In this document: piece after piece, positions 1 to 12,442 of the stretch
How the letters are laid out: each line of letters begins with the position of its first letter
How positions within the stretch are numbered: position 1 is the first letter of the stretch
From: Eledone cirrhosa
Lineage: Eukaryota
DNA: 64,000 nucleotides
Assembly (NCBI GenBank): GCA_964016885.1
Contig: OZ024743.1
Coordinates: 315,580,001 to 315,644,000 of the forward strand
Reading direction: 5' to 3'
Made by a program: the position numbers and the translations under genes
Notes under the pieces: generated by a model
What the model was told of the DNA's origin: nothing
Database searches by the model: none
The model's input: the letters and a program-made list of their open reading frames with translations, nothing else

Positions 1-32
<32 letters not shown>

Positions 33-374
33 GTATACAAATACCAAATACTCCTAGCGATTGCAAGGTAATATTAGTAATCATATTATAACTTCATTAA
101 TTCAGATCTTTACGTTTTCTTTTTGGTCTTTTGTCCTTATATGAATTATCATAACTTCATTTCCATATCTTTGATTTTTAACAACCGAAACAGGTAAAAA
201 CAATATACAATAAACCAATACTTCTCCTTTTTTTGTTCCCTCTAACAGTGTTTTATTTGTGTATAAACAGCTTCGTAGTATAACATTATAAGGAGCAAAA
301 AACATAAAATCTTTTTTAATTTTTCTATGGATTCTTTATCAGTCGAGTAAAGAATACGGAGGCGCCTCTTGTAG

Positions 375-907
375 TTGGTTACATTTTCTTTTAAGTATTT
401 TGTTTATATTTTTCTTGCTTTTGACATTGTTGTTGTCAGTCTTGTTGTTGCTGTTGTTGTTGTGTTGTTGCTGTTGTTGTTGTGTTACTTTGTTGCTGTT
501 GCTGTTGTTGTTGTTACTTTGTTGTTGTTGCCTGTTGTTGATGTCGTTGTTGTTGATATTGTCACTAATGGAGTTGTAGATGATGCTGTTAACGTTATTT
601 TTGCTGTTGTTGTTGACGTTGTTGTTGTTGATGTTGCTGTTGTTGACGTTGTTGTTGATGTTGCTGTTGTTGTTTTGTTGACGTTGTTGCCGTTATTGTT
701 GTTGACGTTGTTATTGTTGATGTGGTTCTTGTTGATGTTGTGTTTTTTTGGTGATGTTGTTGATGATGTTGTTGCTGTTCTTGTTGATGTTGATGTTGTT
801 CTTGTTGATGTTGTTGCTGTTCTTGTTGATGTTGCTGTTGTTGTTCGGTTGATACAATTGCTAATGTTGTAGTTGTAGATATTGCTGTTGTTGTTATTGT
901 TATTGTT

Positions 908-947
<40 letters not shown>

Positions 948-956
948 AGCTGCTGC

Positions 957-990
<34 letters not shown>

Positions 991-1343
991 GCTGTTGTTG
1001 TTGTTGTTGTTGTTGTTGTTTTTGTCGATGTTGCTACTGTATTGTTACAATAACAATATTACTATTGTTGTTGTTGTTACGTTTTTGCTATTGCAGTTGT
1101 TATTGTTGTTGCCACTTTATTTGTGCTGCTGTTGCTGTTGTTGTTGTTGCAGTTGCTATTGTTGATGTTATTGTTGTTGTTGCTTTTGTTGTTGATGCTG
1201 TTCTTGCTATTTATGGTGTTATTGTAGCTGTTGTTGTTGTTGTTGTTAATGATCCTATTGTTGGTGTTGTTCTTGTTATTATTTTAGCTGTTACTGTTGT
1301 TGTTCTTTTTGTTGTTTGTGGTGGTGGTGGTGGTGGTGTTGCT

Positions 1344-1382
<39 letters not shown>

Positions 1383-1530
1383 GCTGTTGTTCTTGTTACA
1401 CCTGCCATTTCTCTTGTTCCTGTTGTCGTTGCAGTTGTTACTGTTGTTGGTGTGGTTGCTATGGTTGCTGTCATTGCTGTGGATGCTGTGGTTGCTGTCA
1501 TTGCTGTTGTCGTTGTTGTTCTTGTATATT
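375..1530. repeat. Degenerate (GTT)n / (GCT,GAT,GTT) low-complexity tract
   Basis: Long imperfect GTT trinucleotide run; the poly-V/L/C ORFs are artefacts of it. Confidence 0.95.
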
Positions 1531-1836
1531 AGGGTGTTCTATCCTTGAGAGATAATAAAATTTACTTTTGGTGGATTTCAGAGATAACAGAATTAATTGA
1601 GGAATTCTTTAAGAAGACAAATATTGACATTCTGACATTTAGAATTATCTATGGAACTAGAGACGATATTACCAGCAGCCATTATCATTGATCTTGTTAG
1701 GTTTCCTTACACCCTTAAGGTTGATAGAACATTTCGTTTATTAATTATACCTTGAATATATACATATATAAAGTACACGCACACCTGTATGCATATATGT
1801 GTACATGTATTTATACATATATATATATATATGTGT

Positions 1837-1910
<74 letters not shown>

Positions 1911-2141
1911 CATACATACATGCATGAAAATATATTTACACAGGGAATTATATGCATTTATTCAAACATTACGTGCATAGATAAATGCATACATATAATA
2001 TACCCTGTAAGCGGAACATTAAATATGTACAAGACATTCCTAAAATTTAACGTTCGAAACATCGGGGTTTTTATCGAAATTTCAGCTAAAATGGAGTTTT
2101 GCTTCTTTGATAGAAACTCCTTCTTTACAAGAATTGAAAAA

Positions 2142-2291
2142 GGTATGGCTGAGCGGTTAAGGAATTCGCTTCGCAACCAATTTGTTCTGGGTTCGGGTTC
2201 CACTGCGTGAAATCCTGAGCAACAGTCTTCTACTATTACCTCAGGTTTTCAAACACCCTGTGAGTGGAACTTTTGATAGACGTAAAGCTGC

Positions 2292-2332
<41 letters not shown>

Positions 2333-2575
2333 ATATTGGCGGTAATGCATAGCAAACTGGCGTATAACCTCTATATATATATATAGGGGTTGCATGCGCG
2401 AATATGTGTATGAATGTGTAAGGGCGGGGCATTGTGTTCGTGATTATGTCGCGTAACAATGGTTCAACAAAAGAATTTCGATAAACTAAGTACAAGACAT
2501 AACAAAATGTGTACTGGAGTCGATATGGTCGATTGACATAACATGACCGTGGTCTAATGACTAAAAGATGAAAAA
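2142..2575 (+). mobile_element. tRNA-derived SINE (octopus-type), interrupted by (AT)n
   Basis: A-box-like TGGCTGAGCGGTTAAG, B-box-like GGTTCGGGTTCC (~2190), then a body GTCTTCTACTATTACCTCAGG...GTGAGTGGA; a degenerate 3' half follows the AT tract. Confidence 0.65.
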
Positions 2576-2704
2576 AAAGAAAAGAACACATACATAAAAG
2601 ATGGCTTTTGATTCGCTCACGAGTATGACGGCTTTTTGTGGTCCACCTTCTTCCATTTAAAGATGCTGTGCAACCCCAACATGGGAATCCATGCATAATT
2701 ATAA

Positions 2705-3113
2705 ACATACATACATACATACATACATACATACATACATACATTGCTTTTATGCCTGTGCTTATTGCGCCACTAGGATATGTTAGTAACTGCCTCAGTA
2801 CAAATCTTGAGAAGCTGGGCTTCACAGAAACAGAAAGAACACGACTAGGTAGGAAATTATAAGTACAATCCATTAATGGAACAGTAAAATTATATAAACC
2901 TTCCAAAACTTCTGTATCTAATAACTGTATATACACTTGTACAGATACAAAGCATATACACATGCACGCATATAACTCAAAATATCCACATCCACACATA
3001 CAATAACACCCATACCAGTACACACATGCAGGCAGACATGCATACATAACTACCTAGTTGATGTGTAAATTCGAGTCAAAGAGGAGTCTTGTATCTATGT
3101 TAGAAAATGACTT

Positions 3114-3180
<67 letters not shown>

Positions 3181-3229
3181 GTGAAATTATAAAACCGGTA
3201 GAATATACATACATACATACATACATACA

Positions 3230-3262
<33 letters not shown>

Positions 3263-3955
3263 GGTGGCTGCCAACTCGTTTTCAAGTACGGCCACTACTT
3301 TATATCCATGTAGGAGAACCCCTACCGATCCGCTGAACGAGTGTGACTTTTTAGTCCAGCCAGCGACTTAAAAACTCTGGTACAAACACTACACTTGTGA
3401 CAATTATTGACACATAGTGCTGAGCCCATGGTACCATGTGACGACAAGTGCAGAGAGATCTCCTGATATAAAGCAATGCCTGTGCCGTGAAGCTTTTATA
3501 GTGAGCAAAGGCACTGCACAAAGCCTGTCCCACTCTCTTAACCAAGATGATATTTACGAAAAAGAAGAACAAGTCAACATCATTGGATACCATCAGGGTT
3601 GCAGGTGTTATATCAGAGTTTTCCTTCTCCTAGAATTCTGCCTTGACAAAGACTAAGGGGTCATCTCTCCCGGTGATTTTGGATGGCCATTGACTCTTAA
3701 GAGCACTTTTGCCCTTTGACAGGTTTTGTTTTTATTCCTGCAGGATGTCCAAAGTCACCCTCCTCACCAAGAAACCTTGGTGGGGTTGCCAGTTTAGTCG
3801 CCAACGACCCGACCATGAGACAGGTTGTACTGGGATACATGTTACCAGTAGCACCAACTGGTGACCTGACCATACATACATACATACATACATACATACA
3901 TACATACATACATACATACATACATACATACATACATACATACATACATACATAC
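2705..3955. repeat. Cluster of (ACAT)n and (CT)n microsatellites
   Basis: (ACAT)n at ~2705-2745, 3205-3260 and 3872-3955; (CT)n at ~3116-3177. Confidence 0.9.
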
Positions 3956-4429
3956 ATTCTTTTACAACCTTGCCACCAGGAGGGTGGCCGGTCAAAAATA
4001 TACTCGAAATTAAGAGAAAGAGAGAACATACAGTAAAAATGTGCAAGATTTTCCTCGATGATTCACGATTGTCCAATGTTCATTTTTAATTATAAAGCAT
4101 GGAAATAAATATTTCATCTCTATTTTAGGAGATCCAATTTTTATAATGAAACAGAAATATATATCTGGCGGTGAATATATTCATATATCATAAAGATGCT
4201 TATATTAACATATATATATATATAAATACATAATCGGAGAAGGCTAATAGCGATACATATATTGAAATAGATGTTAATATAGCTTTCACATGAAACCTGC
4301 AATTAACGATATACATATACATGTTTGTATGAATATATATATATATGTGTGTGAGTGTGTGAGTGTGTGTGTGTGTGTATGTGTGTGAGTGTGCGTGCGC
4401 GTGTGTACGTGTGTGTGTGTGTGCGTGCT

Positions 4430-4460
<31 letters not shown>

Positions 4461-4690
4461 TTATAGATATACATTAATGATGCATGTGAATATGCCAGCA
4501 GACGTGCATTTACTTATGTATGTACGTATGCGCGCCCGTGCATGTGTGTGCGTGTGTGTTAGTAGTAATTTTATCTATGTGTTTATTATATATCACAGTT
4601 GCCTCTCTTATTTAAACAGAAATTATTAAATCATGTTTGTAACAGATAGCAACGGTTATAGTTTTATATTAGTAATATTTTGTTATTATT

Positions 4691-5235
4691 ATGGTAGATT
4701 GGCAGTATCGGTAGAGGGTCGGACGCCATGCTTTCCAGCATAGAGTTACGGCCCTTTCCATTCTGAGTTCAAATTCCACCGAGGTTAACTTTGCCTTTCA
4801 TCCTTACTGGGTCGATGAAATAAAGTACCAGTAATGTGCTGGCCTTGTGCCAAAAGTAGAAACAATTATTACTAAACTTTGAGGGCGATGGATTGTCAGT
4901 ATCGGTATAGCGTCGGACAACATGCTTTGTGGCATAGAGTTACCTCCCTTTAAGTTGTGGGTTCAAATCTCGCCGAGGTTAGCTTTGCCTTTCATCCTTA
5001 CGAAGTCGCCAAAATAAGGTACCGGTAACGCACTGGGGTCAGTTTAATCGACTTTACCCTCCCCAAAATATTTGGCCTTGTACCTAAATCAGAAACTATT
5101 AATTACTAAGCTTTGCCTTTCATCCTTACGAAGTCGACAAAATAAGGTACCGGTAACGCACCGGGATCAAATTAATCGACTTTCCCCTCCCATCAAAATT
5201 GTTGGCTTTAGTTCTAAATCAGAAACTATTATTAC
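4691..5235 (+). mobile_element. Three tandem copies of a tRNA-derived SINE (two full, one 5'-truncated)
   Basis: Copies at ~4691-4870, ~4881-5105 and ~5109-5235 share TTTGCCTTTCATCCTT, AAATAA(A/G)GTACC and a tail GGCCTTGT...AGAAAC(A/T)ATTAT; the two full copies also have B box GTTCAAAT. Confidence 0.85.
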
Positions 5236-5509
5236 AAACATTAGTCATATTCTTATTGCGAGATGTCACTGCATTACCAAAATACAATTCTGTGTGGCTT
5301 GGTCCAGTGTTTATTTTGGTGTTACTTTTTCTTTCGCATTGAATATTCTTCGAAATATATTTGTAGTTACTAGTAATAAATGCTATTTTCTTTATCTTGT
5401 GTATTGTATATTTGTAAATCTTGGGATTTGGTTATATATCTATCTGTCTGCCGCTTTATCATTCTCGGATATCTAATATTATACGGATTGTTTTATCATT
5501 CTTATTCAG

Positions 5510-5755
5510 TCTATTTCTATTTCTATTTGGATAATTTCACAATTTCCTTCATAGACATATTGTCGACTGTGAGGATTGATACACGAATTAGAGGGCATTT
5601 CCTTTATTTGTTGTGGGATTTGACAATAATATTTGGTCGGTTGGCTTTGATCTCCCCGTTTGGATGTATTGGAATATCAGAGAGTATGGTTGCCTTTTCT
5701 GGTATATGCCTGTACCACCTCATTTTTGTCGGTGTTTAGTAATGTCATTTCCAAC
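5510..5755 (-). mobile_element. R4/Dong-like non-LTR retrotransposon fragment (restriction-like endonuclease region)
   Basis: Minus-strand translation with frameshifts gives WYRHIPEKATILSDIPIHPNGEIKANRPNIIVK...DNMSMKEIVKLSK, matching the WYEH..ILWD..I.ANRPD..K..KY pattern. Confidence 0.65.
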
Positions 5756-5779
5756 ACTGCTCTGCCTCTATTATATATA

Positions 5780-6572
5780 TGAGATGTGTCAGAAAAGAAA
5801 CAGGAGTGGGGTCACGCAAAAATATATTTCAAATCCAAACTACAAACTACAAGTTTTCCCTTTCGAAATAACCCCACTTGAGTCCAACGCACTTTCTTAT
5901 CCTTTTCCACCACCCATCCCGGGATTCTCCTCAGTTCCGTCGTCGCGGCTCTCTTGACTGCTTCACCGTCCGAAAATCGGGTCCCTTGACGCATCACCGA
6001 TGATAACTCTCCCCAGCAAGTCTGGTTCTGTTTCAAGATGCTCGAGGATGTTCTGACACACATGCGTGCGGCGCTCCTTCTGGTCATCGTTCAGCAATTT
6101 CGGCACCATCTTTGTGCAGATCTTCCACATACCCAAATCGTTGGTGATAGTATTCCAAAGGTCGTCGCAGTTCGTGCCCAGCTCACTTGCGATCCGTCGA
6201 ACAGTCAGTTGAAGATGACCACGCACCATTTACCTCACGCACTCAACGCTGGTCTCAGTCCTGCTTGTTAATAACTTACCGCTCCTGGGGTAATTTTCCA
6301 CGTACTCGCATCCGTCTTTGAACCTTTTGTGCCACTCGACCACCCGTGAGCACCCGTGAGCCGTATTCCAAGTGCTTCTGACGGTGTTTTCCCCAGCCGG
6401 ACAAGAAACTTCAGATTGGTTCGTTGCTCTGTGCCCATCGATTGACGACCTAAAATAGAGGAGCTTTTAACAAAAGCTCGTGAAAAGCATACAATGATTA
6501 GAGAGGGCTGAGATTGCAGTTATATATTCCCCGAATATTACGTCACTAAGTCCTGTTACTTTTCTGACACAG

Positions 6573-6576
<4 letters not shown>
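5780..6576 (-). mobile_element. Internally deleted mariner DNA transposon
   Basis: 28-bp TIRs TGAGATGTGTCAGAAAAGAAACAGGAGT vs TGAGCTGTGTCAGAAAAGTAACAGGACT, with TA flanks. Transposase remnants: MGTEQRTNLKFLVRLGKTPSEA (ATG 6438), LGMWKICTKMVPKLLNDDQKERR...RVIIGD, then a jump to the C-terminal RFSDGEAVKRAATTELRRIP. The catalytic middle is missing. Confidence 0.9.
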
Positions 6577-6634
<58 letters not shown>

Positions 6635-6780
6635 AAGGGTTGACGGACCCGGCATATTTATCAATGCCAGTACCGGTTGTATCTCAGCGCACTCAATGGG
6701 AAATGTAAGATACATTACCAGAGTATACACATAGTTATTTGCCTCAACACATCACACGTAAAACGGGTGCTTATAAGGTT

Positions 6781-6890
6781 CCCGGACTCGAGTTTCTGCA
6801 GCACTAATGCAGCAGTAAGGTGCACTGCACCATCTGTCTGCATATATTATACAACAATGCACAATCGGCGTATGCGGCTTCATCAGCGGG
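6781..6890 (-). ncRNA. Type I hammerhead ribozyme with long stem II
   Basis: Minus strand: CCCG-CTGATGA-[~85 nt]-GAAAC-TCGA-GTC-CGGG; 4-bp stem I, palindromic stem III ACTCGAGT, GUC site. Confidence 0.75.
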
Positions 6891-7200
6891 TAGGGCCTAA
6901 TCAATAACCAATCGATCGACATAATCCAAACACCGGCCTGTGCCGGTCATGACTGTTTGTGACAACCGACACGGTAAAGCGATTAACTGGCAACCGATAA
7001 GACTCTATCTCTCAACTAGCCACTGATTTACAAATTTTACGCGGGGACGAGAAGCTAAAAAGAATCCATCTATTAGTTCCTGTCAGAAGCCCACACCCAA
7101 CATGTCTCACACACAAATTATCAAGGGGTGAAAAGATGGCTATTAGAAATAACAGTTCACTTCAATACTTATATATATAGTAATAATAATAATATATATA

Positions 7201-7255
<55 letters not shown>

Positions 7256-7368
7256 ATAATAATAAACGTGAAAACTAAAATCCAAAGAGATTTTTTTTTT
7301 TAGTTTCAGAAGATCCCGTTAAGGATCAAAGCAGCGGTTCTTTGTTTAAACTTTAATCTGTTATTTTA

Positions 7369-7445
<77 letters not shown>

Positions 7446-7550
7446 TATTGAAGTTTCCGTTGAAAATTGAAAAAGTCATAGGAGTGAAGAGTGCTCTATG
7501 TAAGTTACAGAGCTAAATTTAATGTATAATAAACAATACAATATAATTAC

Positions 7551-7616
7551 CTCATTACCAGAGGTTTCCCGAATAAGACGAATACAAGAAACGTCCTCAT
7601 TCGTTCGTCAGACAAA
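7551..7616 (-). ncRNA. Type I hammerhead ribozyme, possibly an inverted pseudo-LTR of the adjacent PLE
   Basis: Minus strand: TTTGT-CTGACGA-ACGAATGAGGACG...CGTCTTATTCGG-GAAAC-CTCTG-GTA-ATGAG; good stem II, weak GU-rich stem I. Confidence 0.65.
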
Positions 7617-7744
7617 GCAATTTAAAACATAGTGAAATATTTGAAAAATTTCCTCAAGAAAGGCAAAAGTTTAACGGGCAAAAAAAATATATAAATAAAA
7701 GTAATAAAAGTACTCTAACCCTTTTCAATCTAAACTATCTCACG

Positions 7745-9580
7745 ATATTTCAATATTCAAATCTTCTAAAAATAAGTTCATTTTCTCTGACAAAACTAAA
7801 AACTTATACGAAGTTAATATTAACTTACATGACCAACTCTTAACAGATACCAGCACCTCTAAATACCAAATAGCTAATATAAAAACCTATAATACTATTA
7901 ATAAGGAAGCTAAAGCATTAGCTAGTTTTTTTTAAATAGACAATAGAACAGAAAAACTTGCTAAACGTAATCCCTATATCACCCTCAAAGATCACAAACC
8001 TGATTTGATTAATGGTCCTAGTTGTAGATTAATCAGCCCTGCTAAGACTGAAATCGGTCTTGCTAGCAAAAAAATATTAAATAATATAAACAAACATATT
8101 AGAAGTAAGTCTGAATTACTCCAATGGATAAATAGCTCTTCCGTAGTACATTGGTTTAATAATATTAAAGATAAAAATAGTTCTAGATTCACCCAATCTG
8201 ACATTGTAGACTTCTACCCGTCTATTACTCACCCTCTTTTAACGAAAGCATTAAATTTCGCTAGAAAGTTGATCAATATTTCTGATATTGAAGAGAATGT
8301 CATTTTGCATGCTAGAAACACTTTACTATTTACTAATAATGACACTTGGGTAAAAAAATCTAACCCAGAGAACTCATTCGATGTCTCAATGGGTTCTTTT
8401 GACAGTGCTGATGTGAGTGATTTAGTCGACCTATTCCTCATACACACACTTAAAGAGAAATTCCCTAACCATACCTTTGGGCTTTATCGCGACGATGGTC
8501 TAATACTTTCCCATACCACTATAGGCCATAACTTAGATAGATTCAGGAAAGACATAATAAAAACCTTCGCTAGTTTTAATCTTAAAATTACCATTGACAC
8601 TAACCTTTCTAATGTTAATTTTCTAGATATAAACCTAGATCTGCCTACTTCTTCTTATAAACCGTACCATAAACATAATGAGAATTTAAAATATATAAAT
8701 AAAGGCTCTTGCCATCCTCCTATAGTTTTTTAAAATCTTATCCCTAATATTAGCCGTAGGATCTCCACCCTCTCTTCCTCAGACGCTATTTTCAATAAGG
8801 CATCCCCCTACTATAATAAAGCCCTTCAAAATAGCGGATTTAGCGAACCGATTAAGTACATACCCAACAATACTAACTCCTTTAAACATAATAATAGGAA
8901 AAGAAAAATAATCTGGTTCACACCCCCTACTCTTTAGCAGTTAAAACTAATGTAGGCAAAACATTCCTAGAGCTCTTAGATAAACATTTCCCTAGAACAC
9001 ATAGATACTATAAGATAGAAACTGTGTCAAAATCAGCTACTCCTGCAGTCCCCCTATTAAATCTTATATCCTCAACAAGAAAATACCCAGAGAACATCAA
9101 AATTGCTCCTGTAGAGTCAAAAATGAATGCGCATTACAAGGTAAATGCAACACCAAAGCCATTGTATATGCGGCTAAAGTGAAAACCACCAGCAACAACC
9201 TACCAGCCACCAGCGAACGATGTGTGGGTATGACACAAGACAAATTCAAAATGCGTTATTACTCACATGTCGCATCTTTCCGACATCCGGAAAAAAGATT
9301 TACAACAGCTCTGGCTAGCAGAATATGGGATTTGAAAGACCAAGGTATCCAATATAAATTAGATTGGTCAATTTTGAACCAATCTAAAGAATATGCAAGA
9401 GGAACAGCAAGATGCGCACTCTGCATAAGTGAAAAATATTGTATTTTACAGAAACTTAAATCACCAAAAACCTTCCTAAATGCAAACACAGAAATTTTCA
9501 CCAGTTGCCCACACATGAAATCACACTTGCTTTCTAGCTCATATAAACTTAACTCACTTTCAGATACTTATCCTCCATAA
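7745..9580 (+). mobile_element. Penelope-like retroelement (Naiad-like), 5'-truncated and frameshifted
   Basis: RT motifs PYITLKDHK, DIVDFYPSI, FDVSMGSFDSADV, GLYRDDGL, NFLDINLDL, SCHPP; KIIWF, SYSC, CSCRVKNECALQGKC; GIY-YIG-type VGMTQDKFKMRYYSH...CALCISEK...CPH. Confidence 0.9.
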
Positions 9581-10389
9581 ACTTTTGTTCTTCACTTTCC
9601 TTAATTTACCTTCTTTACAGACTTCTCTTTCCGATTTACTTTTATTTTTATTTTTATTTTTAACTTTATTTTTACTTCACATCCACCAGTGACCCCCAGC
9701 CCCTGATTTTTGATTCACTTACTTTATGTCTTCACAATTTTACATATTTTACTTCCCCCTTTTCTTTCACTACCTGATATTATTACATGTTACTTGCGTT
9801 TTCAACTCCAGAATATTCTGCTGTCCCTCAGCCGCTTTTATGTATGTTTACTTGCGTATAATTTGTACTCATTTATTCATACGGGTGGTTTTTATATTGT
9901 ATGTATGCGTGTAAGTGCGCATGTTTGTGTATACGTGTTTGTATATATGTATACGAATACATTCGTATGTGCGCGTGTATGTGTATATGTGTGTGTGTGT
10001 ATGTGTGTTTTTATATCTATGTTTTTATATCTCTGAATTTCGCTTGCCTATTTCTTTGCTATTCAATCTTTTCGGCTATTGGCTAAATACGATTTCATGT
10101 CTTGCCATCTCTTTTAGAATGGCATTTTGGAGATCTGTTTTCAATTTGAATTTTATCTTCCAGCATTTCTGCTGTCCATTCTTCTTTTTCAATCTATTCT
10201 TAGCTATCTCTCAATCCAGCCTCTCTTTCTTAATTTCTTGGCTTACTTGAAGACAAGTATTTTATTGAGGAGGGGACGGTGATCACTTAAACTTTAACTA
10301 CAATATACTTCAGCAATGCTTTTATACTCACTGCCTCCGTCTCTCTCGCTCTCCGCATCTCTCACTATTATAAGCAAATTCGGGCCCAT

Positions 10390-10700
10390 GCTCTAGCCGC
10401 CCTGCGGTTCGGGTGGACAGAATAGAGAAGGTGTTTCCCCGAAGAGTGGAGAGGGAAACGCGTTGGAAGAGCCTTTCCCACTTGTGAGGCACACACCTGC
10501 GGGTAGCCAACTCCGTGTCGATAATGGCGAATATGGAGATGGTCCTAGAGCCAAGGATACGAGAAGTCTCCATTGCTACAGGCTCGACCGCAAACATGTC
10601 GGAGAACGACTGATATTTGGAGAGTTTACCCTCCTCGGCCCGAAGTGCAGCAGAGCCTGGATTAGTGCAGACTGCATTAGAAGATTCCTACCACCAAAAC
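10390..10700 (-). mobile_element. CRE-like non-LTR retrotransposon 3' fragment
   Basis: PGSAALRAEEGKLSKY...EPVAMETS...LFQRVSLSTLRGNTFSIL matches the C-terminal RLE motif (K..KY..P.A.ET..QR.S...RGN) of CRE-clade elements. Confidence 0.7.
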
Positions 10701-10910
10701 ATGTGAATAGTGAATTTATGCAATTAGAAATCTATCATAAACTAACATCTGTAGGACTACAAAAATATCGAATGGACTATAATGAAGAGTTAATAAGTAG
10801 TAAGAACAAAGCAAATAACAGCTGTCGCCTTTAACGGAAACATCTATGTTGTAAGCATATGAATTAAGTCCTGAAGAAAGACGTAGGCACTGTCCTTCTC
10901 TCTCCCTCTT

Positions 10911-10947
<37 letters not shown>

Positions 10948-11300
10948 GACTTAATAGTAAAAACCCCAATAACTGTCTAGCATCGTGTCTTATTCCCAAT
11001 TAAGACGATGGAAGAGGTTTAAGTTATCAGTTTAAGAAGTAAACAGCCGATTTTACGAGTTCAGCGACTCGTGTATCGATTTTCTTCTTCAGCTACCCAC
11101 ATTTCACATCACATTTAGAACTTTACAACAATTTTTATGTCCAATAGAAAATAATCAATAATTTAAATATTTATAAATACCATCTTGAATAAGATGTGCA
11201 CAGGCTGGGCAATATATTGTCATTTAGTTAATATTGTTGTTTTAGCCATAGCGTATAAGGCCATGCTAGAGCATCAGATACAGTATACACTACAGAATAA

Positions 11301-11488
11301 TAATTGTTTCTATTTTTGGTACAAGGCCAGCAATTAACCAGTGCATTACTGGTACTTTATTTTATCGACCCCGTAAGGATGAAAGGCAAAGTTAACCTCG
11401 GCGAAATTTGAACTCAGATCGTAAAGGGACGTAACTACGCTGGAAAGCATGTCTGACCCTCTACCAATACTGCCAATTCACCGACCCT
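11301..11488 (-). mobile_element. tRNA-derived SINE (same family as 4691)
   Basis: Reverse complement of the 4691-4870 copy (GGATGAAAGGCAAAGTTAACCTCGG..TTTGAACTC). Confidence 0.85.
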
Positions 11489-11603
11489 ACAGAATAATAA
11501 TAAAACGAATTACAGGATGGTTTGTTGTAAACGGATGTTCAATTATACGTACGGGATTCGGTCGTATCAGCAATCAATACAGCGTGGTATATATATATAT
11601 ATC

Positions 11604-12264
11604 AAAGGTATATATTGAGTTAGAAACTCAAAATAGTCTCTTACAATAAAATAGCTCAAGGAAAGAGATTTTTCCGAGCAGTGTATTATAATTGAATATA
11701 AAAGAGAGATAAACACAGACATATACATATATGTGTTCAAATCGTAAGGGACAAGATTCGCTAAGGTGAAAAAGATGCTAACTATGGACAATAGGGTTTG
11801 CCAGACTCAATTTAAGAATAAATCAAGAAAATAAATACAAACCGGAATTGTGGTAACTACCAAATCACCCAGACAGCGTCTGGCGATGCTGTTTCGCAAT
11901 CCAATTGTGAAGAGATTTACCAATTTTTATTGCTCATCAGTAGGTGAAAAATTAGTAAACTCCTCACTTCTAAGTATATCAGAAAACTGAATAGTGTGCA
12001 TATATACAATAAAGCACGTGGTATCAGAACCTAACGTGTCTCACAAACTCATACCACTAAAATAGCAGCCAAGTTTACTCGACATTTAAATTAGCTCAAC
12101 AAATTAACGGAGGCGAATATATAAAAGGTATATATTGAGTTAGAAACTCATACTAGTCTCTTACAATAAAATAGCTCTAGGAAAGAGATTTTTCCGAGCC
12201 ATGTATTATAATTGAATATAAAAGAGAGATAAACACAGACATATACATATATATGTTCAGATCG
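11604..12264 (-). mobile_element. Non-coding HHR mini-element, 520-bp period with ~140-bp terminal direct repeat (retrozyme-like)
   Basis: Direct repeat 11604-11744 / 12124-12264 with a central HHR; no recognisable ORF; starts next to (TA)n. Confidence 0.7.
11866..11946 (-). ncRNA. Canonical type I hammerhead ribozyme
   Basis: Minus strand: CACCTA-CTGATGA-GCAAT...ATTGC-GAAACAGC-ATCGCCAGAC-GCTGTC-TGGGTG; all three stems pair, intact core, GUC site. Confidence 0.88.
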
Positions 12265-12370
12265 AGAGCCACAGCAGACAACTGAAGAGAGGATCTATCC
12301 TTTGTATTTTCCTTATATTTCAAAACACTTATTTTTAGTAACCTCACAGTACCTTGTCCCTTCTAAATAA

Positions 12371-12440
<70 letters not shown>

Positions 12441-12442
<2 letters not shown>

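Noticed and set aside
102-305. 67-aa minus-strand ORF and an intron-like GT...TAACAG at ~194-248
   Set aside because: No recognisable product; within chance expectation for AT-rich DNA.
375-1555. Poly-Val/Leu/Cys ORFs
   Set aside because: Translations of a GTT low-complexity tract; no domain signal.
1533-1691. Possible terminal exon after TATTAG (GVLSLRDNKIYFWW...)
   Set aside because: Only 52 codons, no recognisable homology, and no partner exons identified.
2142-2215. tRNA gene
   Set aside because: A and B boxes are present but there is no cloverleaf; it continues into a SINE body. The same applies to the other SINE heads.
3260-3870. Unique-looking 600-bp insert between (ACAT)n tracts
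   Set aside because: Probably a repeat fragment, but I recognise no diagnostic motif, termini or protein similarity.
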